From the human T2T-CHM13v2.0 reference genome, Homo sapiens, in assembly GCF_009914755.1 (NCBI RefSeq), contig NC_060945.1: DNA of 64,000 bases; one strand, given 5' to 3'. Under the pieces are notes generated by a model. It had not been told where the DNA came from. It saw only the letters and a list, made by a program, of their open reading frames with translations, and ran no database searches. How positions within the stretch are numbered: position 1 is the stretch's first letter; every line of letters starts with the position of its first letter. The position numbers and the translations under genes are program-made. This document shows, in pieces, positions 43,990-59,213 of this stretch.

Positions 43990-44830
43990 TTAGACATTAT
44001 TGCTGTCGTTGTCATTTTTATATAGTCATTGTTTTCTTAGGTTTATTCACATATTTACATTTTTGTTTTTCTCTATTTTTTCTTGCATTTCAGACTTTCT
44101 TCTGGATTCATTTCTTTTCTTCCTGAATTATATTTTTTAAAGTTACTAATAAATGTCTACTTACTAAACTATCTCAAGCTAGCTCTCCAATTCTAGGTTT
44201 ACAATTATTTCTTTAGCATTTTGAAGACAGAGTATCTTAATGTTGTCTTGATGATTTTGAGAAGTCAGCTATCAATCTGTCATCACTTAATAGGTCATCT
44301 ATCTTTTCTCTTTTAAAATCTTCTTTGTCTTGGTCTTTGACTAAGTACAAGGTACTCTTTCCTTATCCTATTTGGAATACATTGAGCTTGTTGAGTCTAT
44401 TAATTCATATCTTTCATCACTGAGGGAAAATCCTAAGCCATTATCTCTTCAAATATTGCCTCTCCACCATTCTGTCTAGTCTCTCCTTTTGATTAAACTC
44501 ATGTAAAACCTTTTCAATCTGCCCTCTGTGTCTCTTATCTTTCTTCTTTTATCCTTTATTTCTCTCTGCTGCACTTTCAGTAATTTCTCAGCATCTATCT
44601 TCAGCTGCTTCAGCTGCTTCATCTGCTGTTTAACCCAACCATTTGAGTTCCTAATCCCAAGTATTATATTGTTTATATTTAGAATGTTAGAATTTTATTA
44701 ATCTTCCCAGTTCTTTATAATAGTGTCTCGTCCCTTAGTTTTATTTTCAATACTCTCTTTTATTTTTTTAAATATATAAAATATATATATCTTATATTTC
44801 TCTTTGCTGATTCCAGTATCTGGAATATGT
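43990..44830 (-). mobile_element. Antisense old L1ME fragments
   Basis: TTGAGAAGTCAGCT; GCCATTATCTCTTCAAATATTGCCTCT; TCTGCTGTTTAACCCA. Confidence 0.7.
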
Positions 44831-46606
44831 ATCTCAGTGTGATGTTACTGGATTTCAGTTCCCAACCCACACAAGAACTTGAAATTAGGAACTCTCTAGA
44901 CTTTCTCTTTCCCCCTGTACTCAAAGCGAAGGCCAAGATCACCAAGAATCTTCACTTTTTACTTCTGTGAGACAGGCTTCCTTCTTGGGATTCTTGGCTG
45001 TCTTTGGGAGAAGTCCCAGGTTTAGTGGAGGTGAATGGTCTCTGATTCAACTTCACACTTTGTGTGGGCCAAGATCACCTCCTATGTCCCCCTTCATGCA
45101 CACATGCACACACACACAAGCACACACATGCACATATACACACATCTACACTCTAGTCTTCCAGGAGCCTGCAGATGACCCCAGGGTAACCGCCAGTTGC
45201 AGCACTGATGTGCCCTTCTAGATTCACACCTAACCTTGAAGGATTTCCCTCGCTTTACTGCCAGATCACCCATGCATTCATTTTTCATCTATTTTATCAG
45301 TGTTTTAGCTGCTATGTACTGAGAGTTTCTCTCCAGACATCAATATCACCAATTTTATTGAAAAGGAAATACAAGCTTAAGGGTTTCTATTAGATAAATG
45401 AGGAGTAGCCCATTGTTGGGTCAAATGACTTTCTCGAGTTCAGACAATGTCACTCACTAAGGAATGTGGGATAAAAAACAACAACAACAAAGAGGAGTGT
45501 GAATGGGGTGGAGGTTGGGATGTTCTCATGAAACTCTGCGTACAATGTTCCAGTAATGGAGTTACGAATGAAATCTACACCTCCTAATTTCCAAGGTTAG
45601 TCCTTAGCCTAGGCTTTCTGACAGCTCTTTCTTCAGGAACACAGGTAGAATACTGTACCAGAGATTCCACCATAGAGCGGACACAGCCAATAGCCTATTG
45701 AACACGGGTGTGTTTCAAAGAAACCCAGAACTGGCTTATCAAGGTGAAGACTTCAGAAAGCCCTAAATTCAGCAAAGTAAGCAAAATGTATTGGGGGGAA
45801 TTAATGAGACATGTTCCCTCCTCAAGGAACTTCATATACAGACTCACCTAGGCCAGTTCTTCGCTTTCAGACAGGTGAACCTACATTGAAAATACAGCAT
45901 GGTCTTCTGTGGATCAATTTCAGAAGTCACCCAAGCTGGAACTCTGCTTCTACTGAAGCCAAAGCTCTCTTCATCCAAAAAACAGGACAGCAGCCCAGCT
46001 CCTAAGGTCTCTGCTGCCAGACCCCATTATGCCACTTTCATTTCCCAAGGCTTACCTCTGCAACCCACCCTGCTTTCCGTCTATAGTTGACCATCCTTTT
46101 CCCTTCCCCACCAAACCTCCACAGTCCCTCTCTCTCACAGCCCTCTTCTCCATGATCTTGTGAATGCATTGTTGTTTCTAATTTTCACTATCACAGCTGC
46201 AATACACGTTCTTGTGCACATGTGTCAGTTTCTCCAGGAAAAATGCCAATGAGTGAAGTTGGTTGATCATAGAGTGTGCACATTGTTCACTTTCCTAGAT
46301 ATCACCAAAGACCTCACCATAGTGGTTTACCAACTGCACTACCAACCACAGCGTATGGTGGAATCCTGGTCCTCCATATCCTTGCCAACACATGGTGTTA
46401 TCAGAGTTTAATTCTTAAGGAGCTTCTCCCTACGAGCCTATCCAGTGAACTACTCCCTTCTGACCTGCTGATGGGTAGTGAATAACACATTTGCACTAGT
46501 TCAGTCTCTTCTGAACATTGGATCTTAGAGCAGGGGTCTATAACACTTTCTGAAGAGTGAGCTGAGATCTGTCAATTCCTCCCAGCGGCTGACTGGGAGA
46601 AGGGAA

Positions 46607-47118
46607 TGTGAGGGTTAATTTTATGGGTCAACTTGATTGGGCCATGGGATGCCCAGATAGCTGGTTAGACATTATTTCTGGGTGTGTCTGGAAGGTTGTT
46701 TCCAGGAGATGGTAACATGTGAACTGGCATATAGAATCAAGCAGATGGCCCTCCCCAGTGTGAGTAGGCATCATTCAAATCACTGAAGGCCTGAGTAGAA
46801 CAAAAAAGCAGAGAAAGGTTGAATTAATTCTGCCTGACTGCCTGAGCTGGAACATCAATCTTTTCCTGCCCTCAGCACTCCTGGTTTTCAGGCCTTCAGA
46901 GTCAGACCGGAACCTACACCACACTCTCCAGTTCTTAGGCTTTTGCACTGTATCCCTGGCTTTCCTGGGTCTCCAGCTTGCAGGTAGTAGATCGTAGGAC
47001 TCTTCAGCCTCCATAATCGCATGAGCCAATGACTTATAATAAATCTCTTTGTAGATACAGATATAGACATTAATATGCTCTGTTGGTTCTGTTTCTCTGG
47101 GGAACCCTCACTAATACA
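46607..47118 (+). mobile_element. MLT2 LTR
   Basis: TGTGAGGGTTAATTTTATGGGTCAACTTGA...TGGTTCTGTTTCTCTGGGGAACCCTCACTAATACA. Confidence 0.9.
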
Positions 47119-47499
47119 TGGGGAATAATGACTCTATCTTAGTTTGAGTGAGAGCACATGCCAGTGAGAAGGAGAAATGAGGCTTCTACCACCCACACTG
47201 CTTACCAGCATGGGTCTTGGAGATAAGGTCAGAAATAGCACTGACTCTTGAGCCAGGGAAACTGCCCCGCCTGCTGCTGCTGGGACACAGTGCCCAGATA
47301 ATGGGAACACCAGGTCCTGGAGCCAAAGGGTAGAGAGACATCTGGCCTCAATGATAGATGGCAGGGCAGAGGAGGCCAAGCAAAGAAGGGACAAAGAAAC
47401 AGGAATGAGGGCAGTGAAAGGCCTGGGAGATCTCTGTGCACATCTGGATCTGAGACATGTGTTTGCCCATCATTCTTGTCAGTGTCAAGAGGCAGCAAA

Positions 47500-47740
47500 G
47501 GGGGCAGAGTGATTAAGCATGACCTCAGAAGGTAGCTAAGCTGAGGTCTTCTACCTACGAGTCCATGATCTTACACTGACCACTTACCCTCTCCCTGCCT
47601 CTGGTTCCTTGTTTGTAAAATGAGAATATTCATACCTGTTTATAAAGTTGCCATGAAAATAAATGAGATAATAACAGTAAAATGCTTAGCAAGGGTCTGA
47701 TGCATAGTGAGGACTCAGTAAATATTAGTTGTTATTCTTA
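47500..47740 (+). mobile_element. MIR
   Basis: CACTTACCCTCTCCCTGCCTCTGGTTCCTTGTTTGTAAAATGAG...AAATGAGATAATA..GTAAAATGCTTAGCA. Confidence 0.8.
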
Positions 47741-50700
47741 TCACCATCATTATTGCTATTTCAAATTATAGCCTATGACCAGCTTCCTTGGAGCAAACCG
47801 CAAATCAGGACTGGCATCTTATCCATCAATTCTGATTGATAGTGGTTGTCTGCTGAGGATTCCATGGTCACCCTTGTGCTCATCTGAAAAGAACAGTGAA
47901 CTGTGATCCATTGGCAATGTCTGCCATGGCTCTAGATAGGGAGCAATAGCAGAGGCACCATGCACTTGATTCCCGTGGTCTACATTTCACAATTTATCTG
48001 GCAGGAAATACTGATTCAGGAATGTTCCCATTTTAAGTTTCTAAGAGAGTACCTATGAACAGCATCCCCCCCACAAACACACACAAAAGGGCTGGTTTTT
48101 AAATGAGGCCAACTGCACATGGCTCTTTTTAAAACTGTACGGAAAGCAGGTTCTCCCTCCTTTTCTGCTCTGTAGACAATATCCATTTCATCATTCCCGG
48201 CTGCTCAGCCACATTCCTGCCTGCAGTGGCAGGTGAGCCTCGGGTGGGCTCGTCATAAGTGGGGTCCACACATAGCTTTCCACAGCTGGAGCTACTAAAG
48301 CAGACAGCCCTAGGGTGCCAAGAGATTCACATAAGAACACGGTGCAATAAAAAATGCCTGGGAATCCACAGGCCTGGATTCCAGCTTCAGCAGAAACCCA
48401 CAGTGTGAAGCTGGGTGGGGCAAGTGACTTCACAGAGGCCTGGTTTCCTGTCACCAAAATAAAAGTCAATGATCTCCAAGATCTCTTCCAATTTTATTAT
48501 TCTGTTCTAGCAAAGGGAATGCACTCCTGTAGTTACTGTATGTTTGAAAGAGGGAGAAACAGGCAAAGACGTACACGTTAGTAGACCCTTGACTTTCTTG
48601 AAGGGGAAGCTCCAAAATTTTCTTAGATTCCCAAATGGCGAAATAGCACTCCAGCCCCATTTCTTCTGGGGATTAGTTTTTCACAATGATCAAAGGGTTT
48701 ATAAGTATGAAAGATGATATTATAGAAAAGCAAGAATTAGAAAAATGGATTCTGGGGCAGGAGCTGGTCCTGTCTTAGTATCTATTCCCCTGCCCATCCT
48801 GCCCCACACACTTGTACTCACACACACCAACTTCTTAGTCCATTGAACCAATGTCATATTTCAACAAAGTTATAAATTAGTGCCTATCACGGACTTCTGC
48901 TATTAACACTACAACTGTTAAATTCCTCACCATGAGGCAAGCATCCATTGAATACACACATACACAAAGTACCTAGACAACCATAGCTGTGTAGCCTGTT
49001 TTGGTAATATGTCATCAAGCAAATGTGCAATTGCTTTTGCCAACAGCTATATACTGAAAACATCATGATAATTTCCCAAAACCATAATGGATTTTGCACC
49101 TGTCTTTTCTCATATACAATAAGTATAATATGTAATGATTCATTACCACAAACTCATATGAATGACTTCTCAGAACCATCCAGGTCCTCTCATCTGAGTG
49201 AGAAGTGTCCCTTTCCAAACAACCCCCTCCTTGGGAGTAGCTGTCCTCACTGACATGGTGTGGTCATTTTTGGCCCTTCTCCTTAGAAACTGCTTTTCAG
49301 AGCCAGTGAAGGAGTCTCAGAAGGAAACTGTATCCCAGCTGCTGACACACCTTGTTTCAGATCCAAAACAATATTTGCAGATCCATCACAATGACACAGT
49401 TCACTTCAAGTCTCAAAAACCATGTATAGAGATTTGCCTCTGAATGGCTCTTTGCTGTTGTCCAAAACCCACATCTACCCTTTATGGAAGGAAGTGGTCA
49501 CCACTAAGGTTACTGGAGAAAGTGCACCACACCTGAATGCAGTTCCTCGCAGACAATATCAAACATGTTTTAGACTTGGGCAGCACACACACGATCTGTT
49601 GATACCATCCTTAAAGGGGCTGTATTTAAGGGAAGGACATTCATCTGCGTTTTTCAAAATACCAAGTTATATATGAGTCTCAGGGATTTCCGAGTCAATT
49701 TCTAAACCCCCACTCTGTCTACACCCATTCAGCCTCACCCTCTCCCTGACTCCTGTTAAAGTGGCTGTGTCAAAACAGCCACTTCAGAAAGCCCCCAGCA
49801 TCACAACTGCCACCTGGGCATGACTGGGATATCATCTGCTTATCAACCCCGCTCAGGAAATTATGTAGATTCTGTTACTGCCCTCCAGATGCGACTTGCT
49901 TGTTTGGCCGCCTACTCACAGGGTGAGGCTGCACAGCAGGGCATTTTCAAAGACATCATCAGGAGAAGCAACAAACCAGGATCTCGCTTCCATACTGAGA
50001 AGATAAAAGAGGAGGCGACAAATAGCATGTCCAAATGCCACCTTCTGAATCACTTATAATTCTGCCACCAAACTGAATAGAAAATGCCAGACCCAGGTTA
50101 CATGGGCTCCTCCTTTAGGAAATAGGCCATTTGAAATTTTTTCACAATCTCTGTTCTTACATGGGCTGTGGAAAGGTCATCTGAGACATCCCAATTATCA
50201 CCCTTAATGGTTTCCAGTCTGCACTCATCTGACCTGATATCCGTGATATGTGACACCTCCCCACCTCCTTCGGCTTCCTGCATCCCTTTTCAGTTGCACA
50301 ACCCCCTCCTGTGTCCCAGTCTCATACGACCAACAGATGTCCCACTTGCACTTCATGCTGGAGATGCACAAATGCGCGCTCATCCCCGCCCACTACAGGT
50401 TGGGCTCCCTCCGCTGACACCTTAGTTGCTGTCCCTGTAGCATCATGCACTGAGTCCTCTGGGCACAAAACCTCAACTACTCATTGCCACTCTCTCCTTG
50501 TCCCTCACAACCAGCCACAGGGTCCTGGTGATTCTGCCTCCTCTGTGGCTCCCGGCCACCGCAGCCAACTCCCTAGCTTGGGCACTTACAGCCTAAGCTC
50601 AGGGTCGGCTCCCACCAGACTTTCTCTTACTGTCCCTTCTCCCAGGATATCCACTTCACAGGTCTGTCATAGATTCATCTCCCTCAAAGGCTGCTTAAAG

Positions 50701-51061
50701 CATTTCCCAGAATTTTCCATGGCTCCCATTGCCTACGATGTAAGTACCCCAGCCCCTCTCTGTCAATCAAGGGACTCTTCACATAGCCCCCATTTAACCT
50801 TACCCCTTCAGACGGGTCTCTCCACTGCTCCCTGCACACTTACTAATGGGGATCCCACCTCCCCCACAGCTGGTTTCCACCTGGGGCAGTTTCTATAAAC
50901 ACCCTGGTCCTCCTCCCCCTCACTCACTCCTCCCCAGGAGGGACTTAACTGATTGGTTAGTTTGGGAGAAAAAACGGAGCACTCCCAGCCCAGCATTTTT
51001 CTCTTCCCTCTTTACCCTGGGAGCTGAGCAGCCCATTGGGCTCCTCCAGGCCATGCTTCCA

Positions 51062-51140
51062 GAGGTAGTGCTCCCACAGGGAGGCCTGTGGTGCTCCCAT
51101 GGGGAGGTCTGTGGTGCTCCCAGGCTACCTGTGATGCTGT
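51062..51140. repeat. Short degenerate minisatellite (~23-bp unit, about 3 copies)
   Basis: GGAGG(C/T)CTGTGGTGCTCCCA repeated. Confidence 0.6.
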
Positions 51141-52499
51141 CAGGAGCCCCCTTCCCTGTCAATGTGGCATGCATCCTCCAATATCAGACTTCTCAGTAAT
51201 AAAAGTGATCATGGTTTTGGACTCCCAGGTGCCATATTCCTTTTGATTCATTCTCAATTAGTGTAGAACCCCAGGGAAGAGAGGAGCTCTTGATAGAGTC
51301 CTTTTACACACCAACAACCCTGGAACTTTGCTGCCTCTGGGTCTGGCACCTCTCATTCCTCCCTCCCAGGAGCACCTTCCCCTCTCGCTCTGTCTAGTTC
51401 TTACCCACCTTCAAGACCCTCCTAAAGTCCAATATCACCTGAATGTGAAGGTCCTCCCTGGGCCCCTGCCACCTCCCCTCCCTCTGAACTCACAGTTCCT
51501 GGCTAGACTCATCACTTGGCAACCATGCACCGCCACATCGTATTTCCGGTAACTTCATCCTGCATTCTAGTGCAGGGGTCTCACCTGTTTACGTTTTGGC
51601 TCCCTGGTAAGTTACACCTGAGGACAGGTTCATTCCCTTCAGCCTCATTATCATGCTTCCCCTCCACAGCACCTGCCCAGGGTCTTGCTCAAGGTAAGCT
51701 CTGGGTGACTGTTTAATTTTGCTGCTGACAATGCACAGGCGGCTTCCCACCTTCTCATCTCAGCCCTAGACAATGTGAAGGTCCAAATTATGGCATCACG
51801 GCAACATTGGCATGGTCCTTTTTAACTCCTAACACTTTGATTGTGGCCTTGGACAGTAACTCTACCTGACAGATGGAGAAATGATCATAACGACTTGAGA
51901 GATTTTCAGAGACTCTGTTCTCTGACGACGTGTCTATCCTGTACCAAATAACTTTGCCTTGAATAGTGAGTAAAATAGAAGAAGACAGCAAACACAGAGC
52001 ACAGGCATGCTAGCTTTGCCTTGCCCATGAGCCTGCAGGCTCCTTAAGGCTAGGCCTTATGTTCTTTTCTTCTCCCTAGTACCCTAGTAGCATGGATGCT
52101 GTGTCCAAGGTAGGTGCTCAGGAAACACTTGTTAGCTCAACTTAGTTAACAGTGGGAACGATCTCCAAACTCTGACATCAGGGTCACCTTTGCTTTTGAT
52201 TATGTAATATGGTATTTTGTTACTTGAGGTTAAAGTTTATGCTTCAGTTGCAGATAAAATAAAGAAGAGGGCGATACATCTACAACTAGCTTGTTGGGGG
52301 CAGCTGTGTGAAAGAGAGAGCGCAAGAGTGAGAGAGAGAAAGAAATTAAGAGCAATAAGGCCAGTCTTTAAACAAAGTACCATTCACACGAGCAAAATTG
52401 TTCTCATTACAGTTATTTTGCCCTCCCCTAAGCCTCCATGAGCACTGAATGGGTAGAAATACCTCTTTGATTCAAGGCAATGGTTGGCGAAGTAAACCA

Positions 52500-52860
52500 T
52501 ATGCTCCTGGCTGGTGCAAGGAGCTCAGAGAGAGCCCATTCTAACCGAGAACAAAGGTTCGGGGAAAAGCAGTTTCCCGCACAATGCAGCTGAATGATTG
52601 ACAGGCAGATTATTATTAGGCTGAGTTGGCCTCATCTGGCCTTTTTTTAAGTGCAATATGGTCTGCATAACATGACATATGAATGCTAAACTCCTGGCAG
52701 GTCCTGCGAAGGGGACAATGGAGCTGGCAGCCTGACACCGGTGCAGCTGGGAGGGGAAGGCTTGGTTTCTGCACATTAACACATTTGACATTTGGTATCT
52801 AAAGGGAAGGGCTAATAAATAACCCGCCAACGATGACACTCTGTAATGACAGCTTTTACT
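52500..52860. promoter_or_regulatory. Candidate enhancer with a PBX-MEIS/PREP site
   Basis: Repeat-free stretch; TGATTGACAG at 52595-52604 plus further TGACA and TAAT cores; motif evidence only. Confidence 0.35.
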
Positions 52861-53495
52861 ACCAGCCAGTTAATCCTCCACTCCAGTTCTGTCCTTTCAG
52901 GCCATCTGGTGTTGAATTCTTATTTACTTATTTTTATTTTCCTGTAGCTTGAACTTAGGACATTTGCCTCCTGCCAGTGTCACATTTTGAAGTCAATTCA
53001 AGGGCCAGGAGGGTGGCAGACTGATTGTGGATGATTCCGCACCAAGGTCTGCAGAAAGTGGAGTGAGTGGAGTTTTTACCAGGTGACCTTGGGTTTGGGG
53101 TTCAGCTGCATGAAACCAGTTAGTCATCTTGGGTCCAGAGGGATGGGGGAAATTCACCTCTTCATTACCACCTCTTTCTAGAAACAATATGCATGGTTTC
53201 TGCCTCAATGGATCTGACATACATTTTCTGAGCATCCACTCTGTGCCCCATAAAAGGATGTGTTCTAGGGATGTTAGTCCATCCCTTTAAGGCCAAAGCT
53301 GACAGACAAGAAGGTGAGCCCTCGCATAATAAATCTGCATAATAGAATCTGGACTCTAATAGGAAGAAGCATAAAGTGCTAGGGGGTGGGAGATGACGAA
53401 GAAATCCCTTCTTCCTCAGAGGATTTCAGGAAGTTGCCCAGAATTATAAAGGATCTGAGGTTTTACCCTATTTGCATGCTAACAGGTTAGCTGGC

Positions 53496-53900
53496 ATTAT
53501 GGACTGAATGCCCCAAAATTCGTATGTGAAATTCCCAACCCCCAGTGTGATAGTTTTTGGATGTGGGGCCTTTGGGAGGTGCTTAGGTTTAGATGAGGTC
53601 ATGAGGGTCGGGCCCCCATGATGAGATCAGGGTCTTCACAAGAAGAGAGACCAAAGAGCTCCCTTTCTGTCTCTCTCTCTCTCTCTCTCTCTCTGTCCCT
53701 TTCTCTCTCTCTCCATCATGCGAAGACACAGCAAGAAGGTGGCCATCTGCAAGCCAAGAAAAGGGCCCTCACCAGGAACGAACCATTCTGGGACCTTGAT
53801 CTTGGACTTCCAGCCTCCAGAGCTGAGAAAAGTAAATGTCTGTTGTTTAAGCCACCCAATCTGTGGTATTCTGCATTGGCAGCCCAAGCTGACGAAGACA
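53496..53900 (+). mobile_element. MaLR LTR (MLT1A/MSTD-like) with a (CT)n tract
   Basis: ATTATGGACTGAATG..CCCCAAAATTCGTATG; GAAGGTGGCCATCTGCAAGCCAAG; CTTGGACTTCCAGCCTCCAG. Confidence 0.88.
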
Positions 53901-54180
53901 GCCAGCCACAGTTTCATGCATGTTGGCAGAACACACAAGACACCAGGGTCAGAGACAAAGGACTTTACTACTCACAGCATTGGCAGTAGCCAGAATATCA
54001 GCTTTTGTATGGATTCTCCAAGCTCATTTCCCACAGAGTGACACAAAGAAGGCCAGATGACACCTGCACACATGGCAAGTTACATTGCAAGAGAGGGACC
54101 CTGGAGCTAGGGAACCCAAATCTTTCACAGTGGGCAGTAAACATGCCCCATTTTTGCACTGGAGAAAGACACTAACTCTG

Positions 54181-54462
54181 TCTTTAGTCCCTTGTAAACT
54201 CAGACCCATGACATCAAGCGCTGGGTGGAAGAGAAAATGAGGGTTATTCCCTTAGTGAATATTTGTTGGGTAAGTGCTCAGGGCTGGGTCCTTTGCTGGG
54301 AGCAGAAAGAGGAAAAGACGTTGCTCCAGGTATCCCAGTGACTGGTGTGGAGAGAAATACATGCAGATAACTAAGAATGGTGTGGAAGGGCAGTGACAGG
54401 CTGGGCACAGAGGATGACAGGAAGCACAAAGAAAGGCATCTCCTGTAGCCTGAGATGATCAG
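54181..54462 (-). repeat. Inverted copy of 55431-55707
   Basis: The reverse complement aligns over ~280 bp; both ORF translations share LSLPFHTILSYL. Confidence 0.92.
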
Positions 54463-54936
54463 AGATGGGGTGTCCACTGGACAAACACCCATGAAAAGAG
54501 AATGGAGAACGAGGCAGTGAGTGCCTCTGTTGACAGATGTGCAAAAACACAAGAGACCCATGGAGAATTGTCTCCCAGAAGAGGCCACCAAATCAATGGA
54601 TATCAGTTCCCAATCAAACGATTTTTATAAAGGCCAAGATGTGTTCAAAGAAGGAAACAGAAATTTTCTCAAGGTTGTGTTTCTCTGTGGTTGGGCTGTC
54701 TATAGGACCCCCTTAAAATACAACCCACAGTGGCATTTCTGGACAAACTCCCTCAGCTTCCTCATGGAAGAGGGGAAGCGGCCATGGAAAAGCAGACGGT
54801 GTGCGGAGCACCGCCATGACTCCATGTGCAGGTGCATCAGAAGGGAGACAGGAATTGGTATTCAAGGCCCTTCACGATGTGGTCCTTGCCCAACTCCCCT
54901 GCCTTGTATCTGGGAACTCCCTGTCTCATACTTCAC

Positions 54937-55278
<342 letters not shown>

Positions 55279-56963
55279 TGATCCTGATTCCGCACCTTGC
55301 TGTTTCTCCCATCCCTTTACGTTTTATCATGCAGTGCTCTCTGTCTTTCCCACCCCAAAACTCAGCTCCCTTGACTCACCTGTGTCCTTTAGGACTGAGC
55401 TCCAATACTGTCACCTGCAGGCAGTCCTCCTAGATCACCTCAGGTGGGAGACACCTTTCTTTTGCTTCCTGCCATCCTCTGCATCCACCCTGTCACTGCC
55501 CTTCCACACCATTCTTAGTTATCTGGGTGTATTTCTCTCTGCACCGACTCTGGGATACCTGGAGCAACGTCTTTTCCTGTTTGTGCTCCCAGCGCAGGAC
55601 CCAGCCCTGAGCAGTTACCCAACAAATACTCACACAAGGAACAACCCTCACTTTCTCCTCCACCCAGCCCTTGACATTATGAGTCTTGGTCTACAAAGGT
55701 CTAAGGATCCATCAGCAAATGTGAAAATTACAGAAGAAGGTAACCATGTGCCACAGAAAACTCTGTTATTTTCAAATAGCCCCCAAGGGCCATGAGATAG
55801 TGAAATTGATTTTTTCCACTACTTTATTTTCACCTTCTTCCTCTCCTAAATGCAAACAGCAACTGCAGCATCATCTCACTGTCTCTCTCTCTCTCTTTTC
55901 TTCTTTTTCCTGCTTCCCTTCTCGTGGCATGATTATACTAGCTGCATGCAATGGTATTGCACAACCCCTCTGGTAGCTAAAGGTGCCACCCACCTCTGTT
56001 CTACAGAGAAAAATGAAAAATGGAAGATGCTCGATGATTAGATGGTTCCAAACCTTTGTCTGTGTTTTGAGAATTGGTAGTGAGCATTCCTGATAGACAC
56101 CCCTGAGAATCTGATGAAGTACCCAGTTCCCTCAAAATGCATATGCCCATTTACCCACAAAATTTCACAGACCATTGCTGGGAGTTCATACAAGCCTGTG
56201 GTCTCCAGCAATAAGAACACATTTTTTAAAAACACTAAACAAGACACCCACATATTAAACCCACATATGTTTAATTTTCTAAGCTTCCATAGCGATGAAG
56301 CACACTGTCTCAGAAGAGGGCCAGGTCCTGCAGCTCCTGTCAAGTGAGCCAACCGTGGGATCTAACAACGGGGACTGAGGAGCAGATGGCATGTGACTGT
56401 TTGCTGTGGCCTCACTGCATGTGGGTGATAAATAGGCAGAGAAGCTATGAGAATAGTTTTCAGTAATCTTTAGACCAACGAAAGTTCAGCCCAACCTGGA
56501 AAGTCCGCATTCATTAATTCTACCTCCTCCTGCTCCTGGACACTTCGATGTATGTCTGCCACCGCCAGTTGTATTGAATATGCAAAATGGAGTCAGCTGT
56601 GTCATACATACATTCCCCCACCTGTGCCCACATCCTGTGAGGCACACGGCTTTCCCTGAAATTGAAACAAAAGATGTGCAGAAAGAAGGAACCAGGCGGA
56701 TTATATTTTGAATGTGTAACCTGAGTTCAGCCCTCCAGGCTATCTGTTCTTGGAGAGCCGTAGCCATCTCTTGTTCATGGCTGCACTTCCAGTCAGCACC
56801 TGGCATATAATAAGTGCTCAACAAATAAATGTCCAGGGGATAAATGCATGAATGGACAACGTAAAGCGCACCATAAATTCCCAGTGCCCCCACAATATCT
56901 TTTCTCTATGAAAGCACAGAAATTTACTGTATCCCAAAGCCCGAAATCCACCTCAAATTTTCA

Positions 56964-57294
<331 letters not shown>

Positions 57295-57296
57295 TT

Positions 57297-57635
<339 letters not shown>

Positions 57636-59137
57636 TTATCTCCCCTTACCCCCTTTTACCCATGCTCTTTCTCCTTCAAACAAAGGTGACACAAATGTTT
57701 GGAGACAGAGTAGAATAAAACCCATTGGAAGGAAGGGAAGATATCTCACCAAGTCCTGATGCCATCAATCATGGTGCTGATTGAATTGAGCTTGTATCCT
57801 CTTTCTGGACTCAGTAGACTCCTGTGCCCAGATGCACCCCACTCACTGTTCCAGTGGAGTCCCCTCTGTTCCCATAGGCAGCCCCAGGACAGGACAAGCA
57901 GTCTGGCATTTGCCCTGTGGATGTATTTTGCAAATGCCATCATAGGGACCCTCACACCAGGCCCTCCAACCCGACTGCAGAACTGCAGCCCCACTCCAAC
58001 CCTGCCCTGGGGTCTCCTCGCGTGGCTGCGTCTCCCCTCTGCTCAGGAACAATGTCACTGAGGTCTCCTTCCTGGCCTCCATATGGGTACTCCTTTGTAT
58101 CTGTCCCCCACTCCCCACACTCCAGGAGCTTGGCAAATTCTGCTGGGGAGCCCAGGACCCCCAGGCCACCAAAGCCACACTGAAGTTGTAGGGGGGGTCA
58201 GAGACTAGCCCCCTTTCCAACTCCATCATCTGGTTATGCTACAGTCTCACGTGGTCTCTCGTGGATTCACCTCCCTCAGCCTCTTGCCCTGACCCTGCCC
58301 TCCAAGAGGCATCGTGCTGCCCATTAGCAGGGAGCAGGGGGAATCATGGCAGGAATATCAACGCTTCACTTCTCCCCACTTCCCCCTCTACATCTCAGGT
58401 GCCTCCAAACTCCTCCTTCCTCTTTTAATCCAAACAACCAAGCGTGGCTGAATAACCCTCTCGTAGGAGCAACCTCTTGCAAGGTGGGAGCAGTCACCCA
58501 TGTGGCCCACCTAAGAAGCTCTGGCGGTCTTTGTGAGAGCTGCTTCTAGGAGCTATAAGATGTCACTAAACAGATAACTGCATCCCCAGCTTGAGGTTGA
58601 CCGTTATCCCCATCTCTTGTTTGCCTGATTAAATCAGATTAAAATCAACATCAAAGGCTGCCTGTGGACACACGGGAAAACAGACGGTCAACACTTTGGT
58701 TTTTTGATCATGAAAAATGAGGGAAGACAGCAAAGGTTCCATGCCCAGAATCTGCCTCACATTTTCATTTCATTTTGTTTTATTTTAACATGAGCTGAAG
58801 CAATTCCCTTGCGCTCTGTCCCCTAAGCCACTACCAGGGACAGGCAGCGCAGCAAGAGGTGAGGGCATGAGGAGGCCAGGCCTGGGGCTCCTGATGCTGT
58901 TTCCCAGGGACAGTCCTGTCCTTAACTGCAAGGAGAAAAGGCCTCCCACATCCTTAAGAGTTCATGGACAAAGGACTGTGTTCGTGGGTTCTTCCCACGT
59001 GGCAGATTACAATCAGATATGCACAGCTAGATCCTGGGTCAGCAGTGGAAACAGAAACTCGCACGTTTCAGCCCAAAGAGAAATTACCTCGTTCCATTTT
59101 ACCAAAGTTCAAGCAATCTGTGCTTGATATAATAGGT

Positions 59138-59155
59138 TGATGATAGATAGATAGG

Positions 59156-59196
<41 letters not shown>

Positions 59197-59213
59197 GGAT
59201 AGATCGATCGATC
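59138..59213. repeat. (GATA)n tetranucleotide STR
   Basis: About 9-10 uninterrupted TAGA units plus variant units, ending in GATCGATCGATC. Confidence 0.95.

Larger units (their letters stand above)
53435..54580 (-). mobile_element. ERVL-class LTR (LTR40-like) interrupted by a MaLR LTR and an inverted duplicate
   Basis: ATAAAGGATCTGAGGTTTTACCCTATTTGCATGCTAACA; GGGTCAGAGACAAAGGACTTTA; end GAGACCCATGGAGAATTGTCTCCCA. Confidence 0.65.

Noticed and set aside
50311-50898. 195-aa Ser/Pro/Thr-rich ORF
   Set aside because: Its composition reflects C-rich, L2-like decayed DNA; no domain or exon support.
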